Source: Azolla caroliniana
Taxonomy: Eukaryota > Plantae > Polypodiophyta
Length of the DNA: 64,000 bases
Reading direction: 5' to 3'
Assembly (NCBI GenBank): GCA_043228905.1
Contig: JBHGNT010000008.1
Location: forward strand, 14,260,001 to 14,324,000
Part shown: positions 13,406 to 26,634 of the stretch, piece by piece
Numbering within the stretch: position 1 is the stretch's first letter
Layout of the letters: each line of letters begins with the position of its first letter
Made by a program: the position numbers and the translations under genes
The notes under the pieces: generated by a model
Seen by the model: the letters and a program-made list of their open reading frames with translations, nothing else
Databases searched by the model: none
Told to the model about the DNA's origin: nothing

Positions 13406-15289
13406 ATGGTGACTTGTTAAAGCTAAATGTTTCCCCATGGATGTGAGTAAAACTAGACTACAAAATAAATTACACTAGAATAAAGAAATTTTGGAATTTT
13501 GTTGAAACTTGTTTGGAAAATGAAATAAAGACACTTTTGATAGATATCCTCTTAGAGACAAAGTGACTATTCATGAATTATTATTTGCAACTTGCAAGTG
13601 TCAAAATGTGGAAAAATTTATTGCAAGATGGTAATTCCATTCTCGCAAGATCTTTACCAAAAGACTAGGAAACTACTTTACAAATTAGTAAGTATTGTTG
13701 AACAATACATCTAACTCATCTTTTAAGTTACCGGGTGTTAAGCTTAGTTTAGTCTTGCTCCCACACAAGCTAAGCACGCAAGTGGAGTATATAAGGAGAT
13801 GAAGGAAGGCTATAGAATTCCACAAAAATAAAGGATACATGTGAAAATGCTATACTAATAAATTGATGAAATCTATTATTAAGGAAGTATAAAAGAGCTG
13901 AAGTTTATTTGTTTATTCTCCTTCCGTCTCCCTATCATTAGTTTGAGCTCTAACTCTCATCATTCCTTACTCCCACTAAGTCTAACCACTATTGTACATC
14001 CAATCCTTGTAAGTGTTGATCTATTGAGGAATAAAGTCATCAATTATTGAAAACATCGCGTTTATTTATTCCATTGTATTTTCCTTTCATGTTTTAAACA
14101 ATTCATTAGAGTAATTAAGTACATAAGAAATCCTAAAAGTGTGTTAACAATATGTGTTAACATAAGAAATCCTAAAAGAGATCCTACATAAATAGGAATG
14201 CTTAGTGGTGATTGACCACCACCATTGCCCACCTCACTTGTACTAGGGAGCGTGTTTGTTTGGCCTTCGCAATGATCTACCATTAAGAGGAACATCAATC
14301 ATCGGGTTCACACTATGACATTGGCATTGTTGTTAAGGATTAAGGCAAGCATCAACAAACTTTTTGTAAGCTCCCAAGGCACAAAACTTAGAAAGAAGCA
14401 TTTTTTTTTTGTCGTAAGTGTTTTCTTAGTTTTATTTCTTTGGCATGCAATCCTTTTTTTGTTGCTTTTTTATCGGTTGATTTCATCTTAACCACTAAGC
14501 TTTTGTTATTTACCATGGCCATAATTAAGGGGTAGCCCAATAGACAAATTTGATGAAATTTTTTTTTTCACCTAACACTTGGCTTATCGATGAATAAACT
14601 CTACCTATGAAGAGACTTTCTACTGGCAAAAGGAACACCTTTTGCTCCATGGCCATTTGTGGAATGTCTCCTTTGTTCCACAAGTCCATTTGTTGGATGA
14701 CCCATCGAATTAGCATGAGTCAAACAACTCCTTTCGTAGCTCATTGAATAGATTTGTGCTCCTTGCAAGTGGTTTGTCCACTTTTCCACACTTTATGCCA
14801 TCAACCTTTGTGTCGAGAAACTCATGATCAAGTGGATTCATATCCTTGTTCATATCACACAAGTTAGACGAGTTATCTAGCTTTGTTTTGCTTTTGTCTC
14901 ATTAATCAAGCCCCCATACAATATGTCTCCTTGAGTTAGCTTACCACCATTGTAGGGAGATTAGTGATTGATTGTGTAGTGTAAGCACTCAATGTAAATC
15001 ATTAAGAACAAAAGAAGGAGAGAGGGGTGCTTTATATAAATTTAACCTCTCTACAATCTCTCTTATAACGGCCCACACTAGATGTAGTTATAGATAATCT
15101 TCACTCATTAAATGACTAGTAGTGTTCATTTAATGATCATGGTCCAAATGCTAATTACAATTTTCTATGGTCTTTAAATATTTTCTTTTTGAGAGTACCT
15201 AGTAGCTAATTTTTAATGATCATGGCTCCCTAAGGACATGTACACACAATATGTATTGTTACTAGTTAGCTTCTTTCTCAAGAAAATCA

Positions 15290-15760
15290 CAATCTACTTA
15301 CATATATATTATACATACACATACAAACCACCATGTGCACTTGCATATTTACATGTATACTTCACATCTAAATTTACACATACACAAACCCTCACACACA
15401 AATATATGCACATGTACCCAATTCAAATTCAAATTTATATACTAATACAACAAAGTCTCACCCACACATATACACAAACACATGTTCATTGTTCACACAC
15501 ATGCATACACATGTAAGCCTATTTTCATAAATATTTACTTACATCTACGCACACCTAACATTTATATTTACAATTGAACATAGACGCAAACACATGTTCA
15601 TATCAAAACACATACGCATTCAGATCTAGCTTTTTATACACATGTAACACAAATTATACAAGCAGTTACACTTTTAACTACTGTGAACATATCTAAATAC
15701 ATAATATTTCTTCACACATACTTATACTTTACTATTGCACACCCATCCATATACATATAT
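15290..15760. repeat. Degenerate CA/TA-rich low-complexity tract
   Basis: Runs of catata/cacaca/tacaca. Confidence 0.6.
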
Positions 15761-17780
15761 AAAGCACATTCTTAGGAATTCATGAAGCCCATACATCCAT
15801 CGAGAATCCATCTTCCACTATTCAAGTCCTTTATGACCCCGGTCACATTTGTCACACCCTTACCATGGATTCTCATTACAACAGTGAGTTAAGAATGACG
15901 AAAGCCATGGTCTTCAATGTATATTTGCACGAACTCATTGGCAAATTGCCTTACCCTATCTAAAGGGCAAGTTGAAGTAGTGGATTCCCATGAATATCTA
16001 AGAGTTATAGTTACAAGCACAAATGAATGTTCTTTATACTAGCTACCATGGTTCAACTCACTTGAGGATATATAGTGACCACGCAAGAGTGAGTCGAGTA
16101 ATAATGCCACTAATCACAATTCCAAGAGCCTTGTACCAAAGTGATGTTCCTTGATAATATAGTCACTAATACGTATAAAACCTTACTATATTATTTATTC
16201 CTCTAATTAAATAAAACGGGTTTTGAACATTATGTAACTTTGATAACACTATTGGTGTTTTAAAACCATGGGGGGGACATACATGTTAATGTCATTTTGT
16301 AATCTCTATTTAAATTATCCAGTGGTGACTCCACACCGCTCAACTGTGTTTTATTACCATGAATGTGTCACGCACATCAAACAAGATTGAGAAATGATTT
16401 TGTGTATCTACATGAGTGTTGTTGGTTCTTTATTTCTTGAAATGGGGACCCCAATTTGCCCACAAAAAGCAAACATTATTTCAAGCACTTTGAGAGTTAT
16501 GTATCCTAAAATACAAGTGCCCCTTCAGCAAACCAAAAGATGAGTGACGGTTGGTTATCTCAAGAGGCAATATGGTGTGTTGGGCATCCCAAATGGTAGG
16601 TGCAATTTTGAGAAAGAGACATCTTTACAAACTCACTTTCCTTCATTTTCATTGCAATTGTATTATTTTTAATGAAGGACCCAAAGTTATGTGGAGAGGT
16701 AAATTTCTAATGGTTTTATGGAATCGAGGTAACTCACATAGGTCATGACACATGGAAACATACGGTGACTTAAGGACCTAGGTGCAAGTATAAAAGGAGT
16801 AGCTAACCTCATTAGAGGGGTTTGAATAGCTAACCTCATTAAAAGGACACCAAAACATGTGGTGACCTAAGGACCTAGGTGCAAGTACTAAATGAGAAGT
16901 AGCTAACCTCATTAGAGGGAGACAAAACATGATTGCATATTGCCGGAACGTTGTGAGACACCTAATAGTATGGCAAGGTTATCATTGCAATAACATTGTC
17001 TTCATCACATCCAAGATACGATCTTAGGCAGTATTCGATGGTATGGGGCATTGATAGTGTTTAAGATCCATCTCAATTCCTTTGCTTGGTGGTTGGGTAT
17101 AAAAGAGCATTTAATCCATTTCTTTCCATTAATTATATATGTATTTGCTTAATCAGTAGTCCCTTCCCTCATGTATGGTGCAACCATATGGGCTCCAAGG
17201 CATTGCCATGTACATGTTATTACAAAGAGTGCCCACTAATTCAAGATAATGTTGCATATGATATGTAACAAAGCATCTACCTACATGAAACTATTCATGC
17301 TGAATTCACAACCCTGCATGATGGTAGAAGCATTATTCCATACATTAAACCTCATGAATTGGATTAGAAATATGCCAGTCTCAAAAGAATTATTTGCAAG
17401 ACATTTGATGTGTCGAAACAAATGGCGAGTACAAAACACAGAAAAATCATGGTACTCACATGTGACAAAGAGTACAACAATACCAGCCTCGATATTAGAG
17501 AACTGTACATCTCAAGGTAGAGTGCTTGGCATTCTATTTGCAGTTTGAATCATTCTAACCCTTTTTGGGATAATAAATAAAAATATATGAATGATATTGA
17601 ATGGACAAAATTAAGAATACAATCACAATCCGAATGTCTCTCAATGGCCATCCCAAGGTAGACTACAGTATGGATTTCAATGTACACGTTTACTTTACAT
17701 TGTTTAAAATTCTCACTGTATGGAATGTACACGGTAAAACATTCCATAATGGATGAAACCTTCTTTGGTGAAGAGCATCA

Positions 17781-20060
17781 TCATTCATGTACATTTGTCT
17801 CACATTCAATTTGCAAATTCGATAAGGTAACAAAAGCTGCATTATAAAGTGGGTCTATACTAAAGACATGGGAAGCACTCTCTATCCCTCTCTTCAAATC
17901 ACGATGCTTTCGACATGCACCGAGAAGACCCATCCATGTGGATGCAACAGGGTCCAAGGGCATTCCCTTTATGATTTCTTGTGCATCTTCCAATCTGCCT
18001 GTCCTTCCGAGAAGATCCACCAGCACATTATAATGCTCGGCAAACGGTCTAACACGATATACCTTTTCCATACTAGCAAAGCATTGGCTCGCCTCATCCA
18101 CAAGGCCACTATGATTGCAAGAAGAAAGGATAGATAAAAATGTGACTTCATTCGGAGCAACCCCTTGCATTAGCATCTCTTGCAAGAGATGAAGTGCTTG
18201 TTTCCCTTTGCCATGTTGACCATATCCAACCAGTAAAGCATTCCATGAAACAACATCTCGTTTGGACAACTTATTGAATACTATCCGTGCTATGCCCACA
18301 TTCCCACACTTGCTATACATATTGATTAGGGAGTTGCTAACAAGGAGGTCTTGTTCTATTCCATCCCTTATAATATGGGCATGTATAATTTGACCTTCAT
18401 CAAATGCCAACTGCTCGGCTGCTGCCACAAGAACATTTGCAAAGGTTATATTGTTGGGTTTCATGCCACTTTTATCGCTCATCATTCTCTTGAAAAGAGA
18501 ACATGCTTTTGGGAACTCTTCACAGTGAACATAACAAGCCATCATTGCATTCCATGCAATGACATCTCGGTCATCCATTGCATCGAAGATTTCTTGGGCT
18601 TTTCCGACGGCGTGACACTTTCCATACATGTTCAATGCTGCAGTCATTACTACCATATCCAAACGGCATGGGTTTTGGTTCAAGGAAGCACATACTTCTT
18701 TTCCCTCATCCAATGCTTCTTGAGAAGCACAAGCATCCAGCAGAGCAATGAAGGTTACATCATTGGGTTCAATGCCTTCTGACTTCATTTGGAAGAGCAT
18801 TTTGATTGATTCATCCACAGGCTTATGCTTCGAGTGGATGGTGATCATGGCATTCCACGAGACCACATTATGATTACACATCCTATTGAACATTATCATC
18901 GCATCTTCTAAACTTCTACATCTTCCATACATACTGATTAGGGCATTGCTTACCAAGACATCTGATTCAATTCCGACATCCACAATGTGAACATGAACAT
19001 TTCTACCATAGTTAAGCTCATTTTCACAAGTACATGCATTGAGCAATGTGACAAACGTAATCTCATCAGGAATGGTTTCAAAACGTCGCATCCAATCAAA
19101 CACTTTGAATGCCTCAGCCACATTCCCAATCTTTACATATACACCAATCAATGCATTCCATGTGGTAAAGGTTCGATCCTCAATCTTATTGAACACTTTC
19201 TTTGTCTCTTCCAAACTACCACTTTTACTATACATATTACTAAGAGCATTTGAGAGACTTTTGTCAGAATCGAGGCCATGAGAAGCAAGGAAAACGTGCA
19301 TTTTTCTACATTTCTTCACATCTCCCAAGTGAGCACAAGCTGCAATGGCGCTAACAAACGTGAAAGCATCAGGTTCAAATCCTCGTAAGATCATGGAATC
19401 GAACAAATCTAGTGCTTCTTGGTCTCTCCCACATTGAGAAAAACCCGAAATTAACAAACTCCAACAAGTTGTATCAGGGTTGGGAATGTAATTAAATAAA
19501 TTCTGAGCTGAATCGATCATTCCTGAACTGATAAGGACGCCCATAAATAGCGTCCATGTGAACACGTTTTTATATGGCATAGATTCAAAGACCCAATATG
19601 CTTTTTCGTTACATTTACATCTTCCATACATTTGAATGAGCAGATTACATAATAAAACGTCGGTTCCATATCCCATATATATAATTTGGGCATGCAGGTG
19701 TATACCTTCGGATATGGCTTCTCGGAGGCCAACATCTCTCAGCTTTTCTCTGAAGAGGAAGCTATTAGGGCGATGGCCGGAATTACAGTTTCTTTCTTCT
19801 GCTGCAATGTCATGAGGGTTTCTTTGCGCGGTTGCAATCGTTGTATGTAGAATGGGGGATGTCTGAATTAGTGTTTCTGTGTCTGGCTGAGGACGGAGGA
19901 AGTGGGCGAAGGAAGAGGGGGTCTGAGAGGGAAGATGTGTGGATTTTGCTTCTGTTGCAATAACAGACAAGGACGCCATAGCCATGGCATCATATCTCTC
20001 AAAGTGTTCAATGGATACAAATGAGGCCTTAAATTTTGAAATGCTTTGCAGAATGGCCAT
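17781..20060 (-). CDS. Intronless PLS-class pentatricopeptide repeat protein ending in E domain (organellar RNA-editing specificity factor family)
   Basis: 759-aa ORF with repeated P-L-S motifs (NALISMYGRC, DVVSWNA, PNEVTFLSILSSCNHSGLVDEA) and C-terminal EHYNVLVDLLGRTGRLEDA...WMGLLGACRKH...AFVTLSNL. No DYW domain. Ser/Thr-rich N-terminus. Confidence 0.92.
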   Translation of the reverse strand: MAILQSISKFKASFVSIEHFERYDAMAMASLSVIATEAKSTHLPSQTPSSFAHFLRPQPDTETLIQTSPILHTTIATAQRNPHDIAAEERNCNSGHRPNSFLFREKLRDVGLREAISEGIHLHAQIIYMGYGTDVLLCNLLIQMYGRCKCNEKAYWVFESMPYKNVFTWTLFMGVLISSGMIDSAQNLFNYIPNPDTTCWSLLISGFSQCGRDQEALDLFDSMILRGFEPDAFTFVSAIAACAHLGDVKKCRKMHVFLASHGLDSDKSLSNALSNMYSKSGSLEETKKVFNKIEDRTFTTWNALIGVYVKIGNVAEAFKVFDWMRRFETIPDEITFVTLLNACTCENELNYGRNVHVHIVDVGIESDVLVSNALISMYGRCRSLEDAMIMFNRMCNHNVVSWNAMITIHSKHKPVDESIKMLFQMKSEGIEPNDVTFIALLDACASQEALDEGKEVCASLNQNPCRLDMVVMTAALNMYGKCHAVGKAQEIFDAMDDRDVIAWNAMMACYVHCEEFPKACSLFKRMMSDKSGMKPNNITFANVLVAAAEQLAFDEGQIIHAHIIRDGIEQDLLVSNSLINMYSKCGNVGIARIVFNKLSKRDVVSWNALLVGYGQHGKGKQALHLLQEMLMQGVAPNEVTFLSILSSCNHSGLVDEASQCFASMEKVYRVRPFAEHYNVLVDLLGRTGRLEDAQEIIKGMPLDPVASTWMGLLGACRKHRDLKRGIESASHVFSIDPLYNAAFVTLSNLQIECETNVHE

Positions 20061-20429
20061 TGGCCATTGCCCACCCGAATATGTCCGCCGCCCATTCGGA
20101 AGACGTTGCTTTTGGGTGATTAATAGCTCAAATTCTCTTGGATGTGTGTGCGGTAGGCGGCCATTTGTGGCCCAGTGTCTCTAAATTGGGACTAGACTAT
20201 AGGAATTGTATGGCCAGAATGGTGCAACTAGCTGAGTTTATTGGTTGGGGAAACTTATGGATTTGCACACACGAAAGACTAGCACATCCATGTCGACATG
20301 CTTGACTTGAGTTTAATTCTATTTTCGACCCATTTGTTTGCCTTGAAATTCTTCATTGATGATGAGTTTAAGACTTACATTTTTGAGTCCATATCTTTAA
20401 GACTGTCATGAGCAATTCAAATTGTGATG

Positions 20430-21394
20430 CTTTTGTATGCTGATGTAGAGTATAGGCTTACCGCATGAAGGAATGTCGCCAAAAGAAAGAAAATGATTTG
20501 CTATTGGGAGTTGGAATTTTTGTTTGCTTGAGGAAACATCGTATCATAAGGGAGCAGATGGAATCTGGTGGCGAGGAATTCGCCAGTTCAAAAAAGAAAC
20601 CGTTTTACGTGAAGCTCATTGTGGACATCCGGAAAGAACAACTCCTCACATTAGAAGAAAGTCGATTACAATCGATGTGGCATTTAGAACATATGCAGAG
20701 CAAAACAAAAGCCTTCGTTGATCGACACCAATAGGGGAAAGAGAAGCTCTTTGGCATGGCGAACCAACGTTAGTATTTCAAACCAAAATGGGCTCCATGC
20801 CGGGGAAACTACAGTTTCGATGGACCGGTCCCTACTGGATTGTCAATAGCAAAAATGGCACTTATCAGATAGGGACATTGGGAGGAGAAGTAATGCCAAT
20901 GTGGGTAAATGGTTTTCGACTGAAACCATATTAGGGGTCGACATTGACTAATCTATTTCTATCAGATGCATTTCCAAATACTATGGGTAGTCAACTGACT
21001 AGCCCAATTGTGGTCGATAGACCATAATCAATTAAAGGGCTATGTTTGTGAATATAAAAAAAAATCAAGAACAAAATCGAATCAAAATCAAGAACAAAAT
21101 TAAATCTTGGCACAATTGGTTCTTGGTACTATCACTTTCAAACACGCTAATTGATGTAAATCATTTTGAGGAGTGGCTCTTAAAAGACATCATTAATAGA
21201 AGATTCTATTTTGACATCGTACCATCTTAAATTATGGACCACTTATATACAAATTTTTCTTTCCCCCGTTTTCCTGACACAGAAAAGCATAGAGAAGTGA
21301 GCGAAACAAAAACACACAAGAGTGAAACAAAACCACACAAGAGTGAAACAAAAACACATAAGAGTGAAACAAAACATAGAGAAGCACAGAAAAT
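20430..21394 (+). mobile_element. Ty3/gypsy remnant H (integrase C-terminus and 3' non-coding region); host of copia A
   Basis: QLLTLEESRLQSMWHLEHMQ and GKLQFRWTGPYWI...WVNGFRLKPY (GPY/F module typical of non-chromoviral gypsy integrases). The sequence resumes at 32930 after element A. Left boundary approximate. Confidence 0.7.
21299..21378. repeat. 21-bp minisatellite (~4 copies)
   Basis: Unit GAGTGAAACAAAAACACACAA. Confidence 0.8.
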
Positions 21395-21949
21395 TGTTGA
21401 GAGTCAAGCTCACCATTCGTGCGTGATACGATGCGTAACCCAGTGCGTAGATTGGGTGCATAAATCGGTACACACAACATGCCTGGATCGACTGTGCAAG
21501 CCGAGAACCGGATTGGTTGGGACCGATCGGTTAGGCCGGACCAATGCGTAAATCGGTACGTACAAGCTGGCCGTATCGGTGCGTAAACCGAAAGGCCGTT
21601 AGAGAGATACTCCTCGTAAGGAATAATTTTGGGAGTGAGTGTTGAGGCTCATTTATGAGTGGTCAAGTACTGTCAGTACTTGTGTCAGCCCTATTGTCAA
21701 GGCTTGTATAAAAGGGGTGCTCACTAAGCACGGTGTATGTATAGACTGAGTAGTTTTTGAATTAAGTTTCTGTGTGCTCTCTCTCTGTCTCTCCTGTGTA
21801 TTGTTAAGCTCTCCATTAAACTTGTTTTCTGTTTTCTACTGCTTCCGCATGCTATTTGTTTTTACATGGTATCAGAGCACGAGGGTTGAGAACCTCTGCA
21901 ACTACCATTGTTTGAAAGAAAAATCAACCAAGAAGAACAGGTAAAACCG

Positions 21950-24900
21950 ATGGATAGAGGCATGGCTAGCTCTCTTCCAACAGAGAAGCTCGACAGAAAC
22001 AACTACGCGTCTTGGTATTACAAGATGCACTAGTACTTGCTCGGGCACGGTTACTGGAGCTATGTCGACGGAGCAAACGACACAACACCCGAATCGACAC
22101 ATAGAGATTTCTCGGCGTGGGAACAGTTAGCGAGCAGAGTACTGTACTGCTTCACGTCTTGTGTGGGAGAACAGCTCCTAAGCTACATTCGGGATGCAAA
22201 GATGCCAAAGAATGCTTGGGGAAATCTGAAGAAGATTTTCGCTGCAAGCACCACAACCAGGAAGCTTCAACTTCGATAGGAGCTGAGCAACCTAAGACAA
22301 CGCGACTTGTCCGTGGCTGATTACACCTCGAAGATTAAAGATATATGCGACTCCTTAGCCTCCGTCGATGTGAACATCGAGGAAGGCAAGATGGTGCAGA
22401 TCTGTCTTGGGGGACTGGCGTCGAAGTTTGGAGTGTTCCGAACTGCTGTGTGTACACGGGAGAATACGCCGTCGTTTTTCGACTTACAGTCGATGCTCCT
22501 TATAGAGGAGAACCATGCGGGTGCGTCGATGAGCACGCATGCCGACAACAAGATGTTGTACACGGAGAGATAGGCCCCGTGGTCGTGGTGGACGAGGCGA
22601 GTCGGTGCGCAATGGAGGCGGCCGATGGGATCAAGGAAGAAGGCACCAAAGTGATGCCGACAACAATTTTGGACCCTCCAAAAACAGGGGGAGTCGAGGC
22701 GATGAGAATTGGCAAGGGAAATCCGTCACGGAATGCTGGTACTATGGCAAGAAAGGCCATAGGGAGAGCGAGTGCTGGAAAAAGCGCGCTGATTCGGAGA
22801 GAACCAGGTCTGGATCAGGTTTCGGACAGACCGACAAAGGAAATCGGCAGCGATCGCATTATGCCGAAGGATCTGGAAAAGCCGAAAAAGGGTCAGTCTT
22901 CGTGACGAGACATGAAGCAAACTCGATGAAGAAAATCACCCCGAAGTCGGAGGAGGTGTGGTATGTCGACTCCGGCGCGTCAAACCATATGACGTGCCAC
23001 AAGGAGTGGTTCTCATACCTTGAGAAACCAATGCAACCGGGAGTAGTCGCAACCGGAGACGACACTCCGCATCCGATCGCGAATGTCGGTGAAGTTCCCC
23101 TGAGCCATGTCGGCCAGAAAGGGAAACTCATGAACGTGTTACACGTCCCGATAATCACAAAGAACCTGGTGTCGATCGGGCAGATCGTTGACCAGGGGAT
23201 GCAAGTTCAGTTCACGCATCTCGGGTGCTTCATTGAGGAAGAAGGCTGAGTTATTGCGCAAGGGCGTAGAGACAGGAGGATGTTTATCCTCGACTCTAGT
23301 GACGGTGGCACTGCAATGTTCGCTAGAGGAGAAGAAGTTGAGTCGGATATCGACTTATGGCACAAGCGGATAGGCCATGTCAACTATCAAAGGCTTTAGG
23401 ACCTGCAATCGAAATAGGTGGTGTTCAGATTGCCCAAATTTAGTGGCCGGAAGGCACAAATTTGTGAGGCCTGCCAGCTAGGGAAGCAACACTGTCTTCC
23501 TTTCCCTAACGAGCATAACTGGAGCCGGAACAAGCTCGACTTGATACACTCCGATGTATGGGGGACGACACAAAATGTTAGTCTTGGCGGGAGTCGATAT
23601 TTCGTCTCCTTCATCGACGACTATACGCGGCATACGTGGATCTACCTCATCGAGAAGAATAGTGAAGTCTTCGACTGTTTCCAGGACCTCAAAGGGTTCG
23701 TGGAAACGGAAACAGGAAGAAAGATCAAGTGCTTGCGGTCGGATGGCGGAAAAGAGTACTTTTCTGGTCAATTCAATGGCTATCTTCAACAGATGGGAAT
23801 TCGGCGCGAATTCAGTTGTAGATACACGCCGGAGCAAAACGGCGTGGCCGAGAGGAAGAACCGGTCAATTGTAGAAGCGGCGCGGGCAATGCTCGATGAA
23901 AAGAACTTGCCCAAGTTCTATTGGGCCGAGGCGGTACGAACCGCGCTATACATCTAGAATCGGATCGGAGAAAAAGTGTTGGCGCATGAGTTGTATTTCA
24001 GAAGAAAGCCGAATCTGCGACACTTGAGAGTTTTCGGGAGCATTGTGTATGTGCATGTGCCGAAGGAGAAACGAAGGAAGTTGGATGCGAAAGCTGAGAA
24101 GTGTATCTTGGTCGGCTATTCGGATGAGCAGAAAGGTTATAAGTGTTATAACCCTCACAACAAACAAGCGCACGTGAGTCGCGACGTTGTGTTTGACGAG
24201 TCCGCATCCTGTTACTTGCCTCCGACTCCGGACTGTTGAAGCGGCAAGCTCAACTAGAGCCGGATCGGCTAAATAAGCCTGAGCCGGCAAGTGAGACGGA
24301 TCGGTAAGCCAACAAGCAACAAAGCCGGTGAGTTGGGGAGCTGGTTAGCCGGGTCCAATCGGTAACCGGAAGCCTAGTATTAGTTTAGACTACTAGGCAA
24401 TTATAGTCTCGTAGTAAGTGTCAGAAGCTCGTGTGAGCATTGAATTACGCGGTACTTCTGTCAGTCCCATGAGGACTTGTATAAATAGTGCTACTGAGCA
24501 CAATTGTAAATTACAGAGGCATATATCGTTTTTGAATATAGCTTTTACGTTCTGTGATGAGACGTTTGCGCTGGTCGCGAAGATGACGACCGTCCGTGTT
24601 TTGCTCGCGGTAGCTGTGACAAAGGGGTGGCACTTACATCAGATGGATGTAAAGAATGCGTTCTTGCAAGGTGAGCTTGAGGAACAGGTGTACATGATCC
24701 AACCCCCCGGATTTCACTTCAGAACGAACACTTCAGCGGTGTACCGATTGAAAGAGTCCCTTTATGGACTGAAGCAAGCCCCGCGTGCCTGGAACGCGAA
24801 GATAACGCGAAAATTGCGTCGGATGGGCTTTGTGACATCAAAATCGGACTCCTCACTGTTCACCTGGAAAGGTTGACTCGGGCCGGTTAGTATTTTACTT

Positions 24901-26339
24901 TATGTTGATGACTTGGTCATCATCGGCGCCGACCTCGGTGAAATTAACTGCGTCAAGCTCCAGCTTGCGACATCGTTCGATATGAAGGATCTGGGGGACC
25001 TTCATTACTTCCTCAGGATCGAAGTGATCCACACCCCAGAAGGCATACTGATCAACCAACGACATTACGTGCTAGGTATGCTCTTCAAATTCAGGATGGC
25101 CGACTGTAAGTCCGTGTCGACTCCTCTGGATAGAACCGTAAAGCTTCGCCTCGATTCCGGAAAGGTATGCGACCCAACGAGGTTCCGACAGATCGTCGGA
25201 AGCCTTATATACTTGACCATCACTCGACCAGATCTTAGCTACCCGGTCGGGGTGATTAGTCAATTCATGGCGTGACCTACCGAGGAGCACCTTCAGTGTG
25301 CGCAACGCATACTCCGGTATGTCAGTGGCACTAAGGACAGGGGGCTACTATATCGGTTCGGTACAACCTCGTAGTTGGTCGGCTACACCGATGCCGATTG
25401 GGCCGGCAACGTCACCGATCGCCGATCCACTTCCGGCTTCGCGTTCTCTCTTGGGAGTGCCACGATCGCGTGGAGTAGCAAGAAGCAGCCGACAGCTGCG
25501 CTGTCGAGCACCGAAGCCGAGTATCGAGGAGCGGCTGTTGCGAAATGCGAAGCCATCTGGTTGAAGCGGCTACTTAAGGACATGCAGGTGGAGGTATCCG
25601 ATCCAACGACAATCTACTGTGACAACCTCAGCAGTATCCAGCTCGCAAAGAACCCCGTTTTCCACGCCCGGACTAAGCACATTGAGGTGCACTACCATTT
25701 TGTCCATGAGTGTGTACTCTCCGGTGACGTCAAACTTCAGTATGTTCTGACAGATCGGCAGACCGCAGACATCTTCACCAAGCCTCTTGGTCTGGACAAG
25801 TTGTGACAATTCTCAGGTGCACTTGGGTTGCGTCACCTCGACGTGCCGAACTTGAGGGGGAGAGAAGACATCCCGAATGACCACAGAAGGGGGAGTGAAG
25901 TTCCAGAAGACCGTGACGCCGAGTCAGATGACAAATCCGATGTCGGATCAGCTGAAGAAGTCGAGAGCGGAGAGACGAAGCCAACCAAGCGTGGGCGAGA
26001 CGAAGTCATCAAGGACAAGAAGACTGAAGACGAGTTGGAGACGGCCAACTCGGACGAGAGCGAAAACAATTCGGAGTAAGCCGAGTCGGTTCGGATGTTT
26101 GATTCGGATACGCTGAATCAACCAAGGGCCAAGCGGAAGAGAAGGCAGCAAAAGAGGTGCCAACATCGCAACAACAAGGAAGCTGAGAAGGGCCGTGTGG
26201 GCAGACAAGCCGACCGGAATGGTCGAGGCGCGCAGAATCGAACAGGTCGAGGAGCGCGAGCAAGGCGTGAAGCCAGAAGGAACCAGAGTGTAGGTCCGGC
26301 GGAGTAGGTGGAACCTCAAGTTGAGCTTGAGGGGGAGTG
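21950..26339 (+). pseudogene. gag-pol of copia A (many stops, IN-RT linker deleted)
   Basis: Zn knuckle ECWYYGKKGHRESEC, protease WYVDSGASNHM, integrase HSDVWG/LRSDGGKE/QNGVAER, RT QMDVKNAFL and [15 protein letters not shown] and TADIFTK. Confidence 0.88.
24234..24555 (+). mobile_element. Truncated LTR of a related copia family inside element A
   Basis: Begins TGTTGAAGCGGCAAGCTCAAC (like A/C/E LTR starts) and has TATAAATA at ~24480. Its right end and the host IN-RT linker are deleted; host RT resumes at GATGAGACGTTTGC. Confidence 0.7.
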
Positions 26340-26600
26340 TGTTGAACACAGTGCTCGGCCACCACCGAGGAATAGGATCAACTCACAGAAAACGAAGTAC
26401 AAAATCCACGAAGACAGTAGAGAGAAAAGTACACAGGATGTTTTACGTGGAAAACCCTAAATGGGAAAAACCACGGGAGTCCTCAAACTCCAACTATCAC
26501 TATAAACAGAGATGTACAATGGTGAAGCTACAAAGCAACAACCTTGAGCTCACTGTCTTCGCCACAGGCGGCGGTAATACATAGAGGCAACGACCTCTTC

Positions 26601-26634
<34 letters not shown>

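Noticed and set aside
13700-15200. Possible ancient copia/LTR remnant (GAGAGGGGTGCTTTATATAA resembles the E LTR)
   Set aside because: Too degenerate to define boundaries or domains.
15238-15516. 92-aa His/Thr/Tyr-rich ORF
   Set aside because: Translation of a CA/TA low-complexity tract.
17250-17780. DYW domain downstream of the PPR ORF
   Set aside because: No PG box, HxE or CxxC/DYW motif seen in the provided ORFs or in the minus-strand frame I read past the stop.
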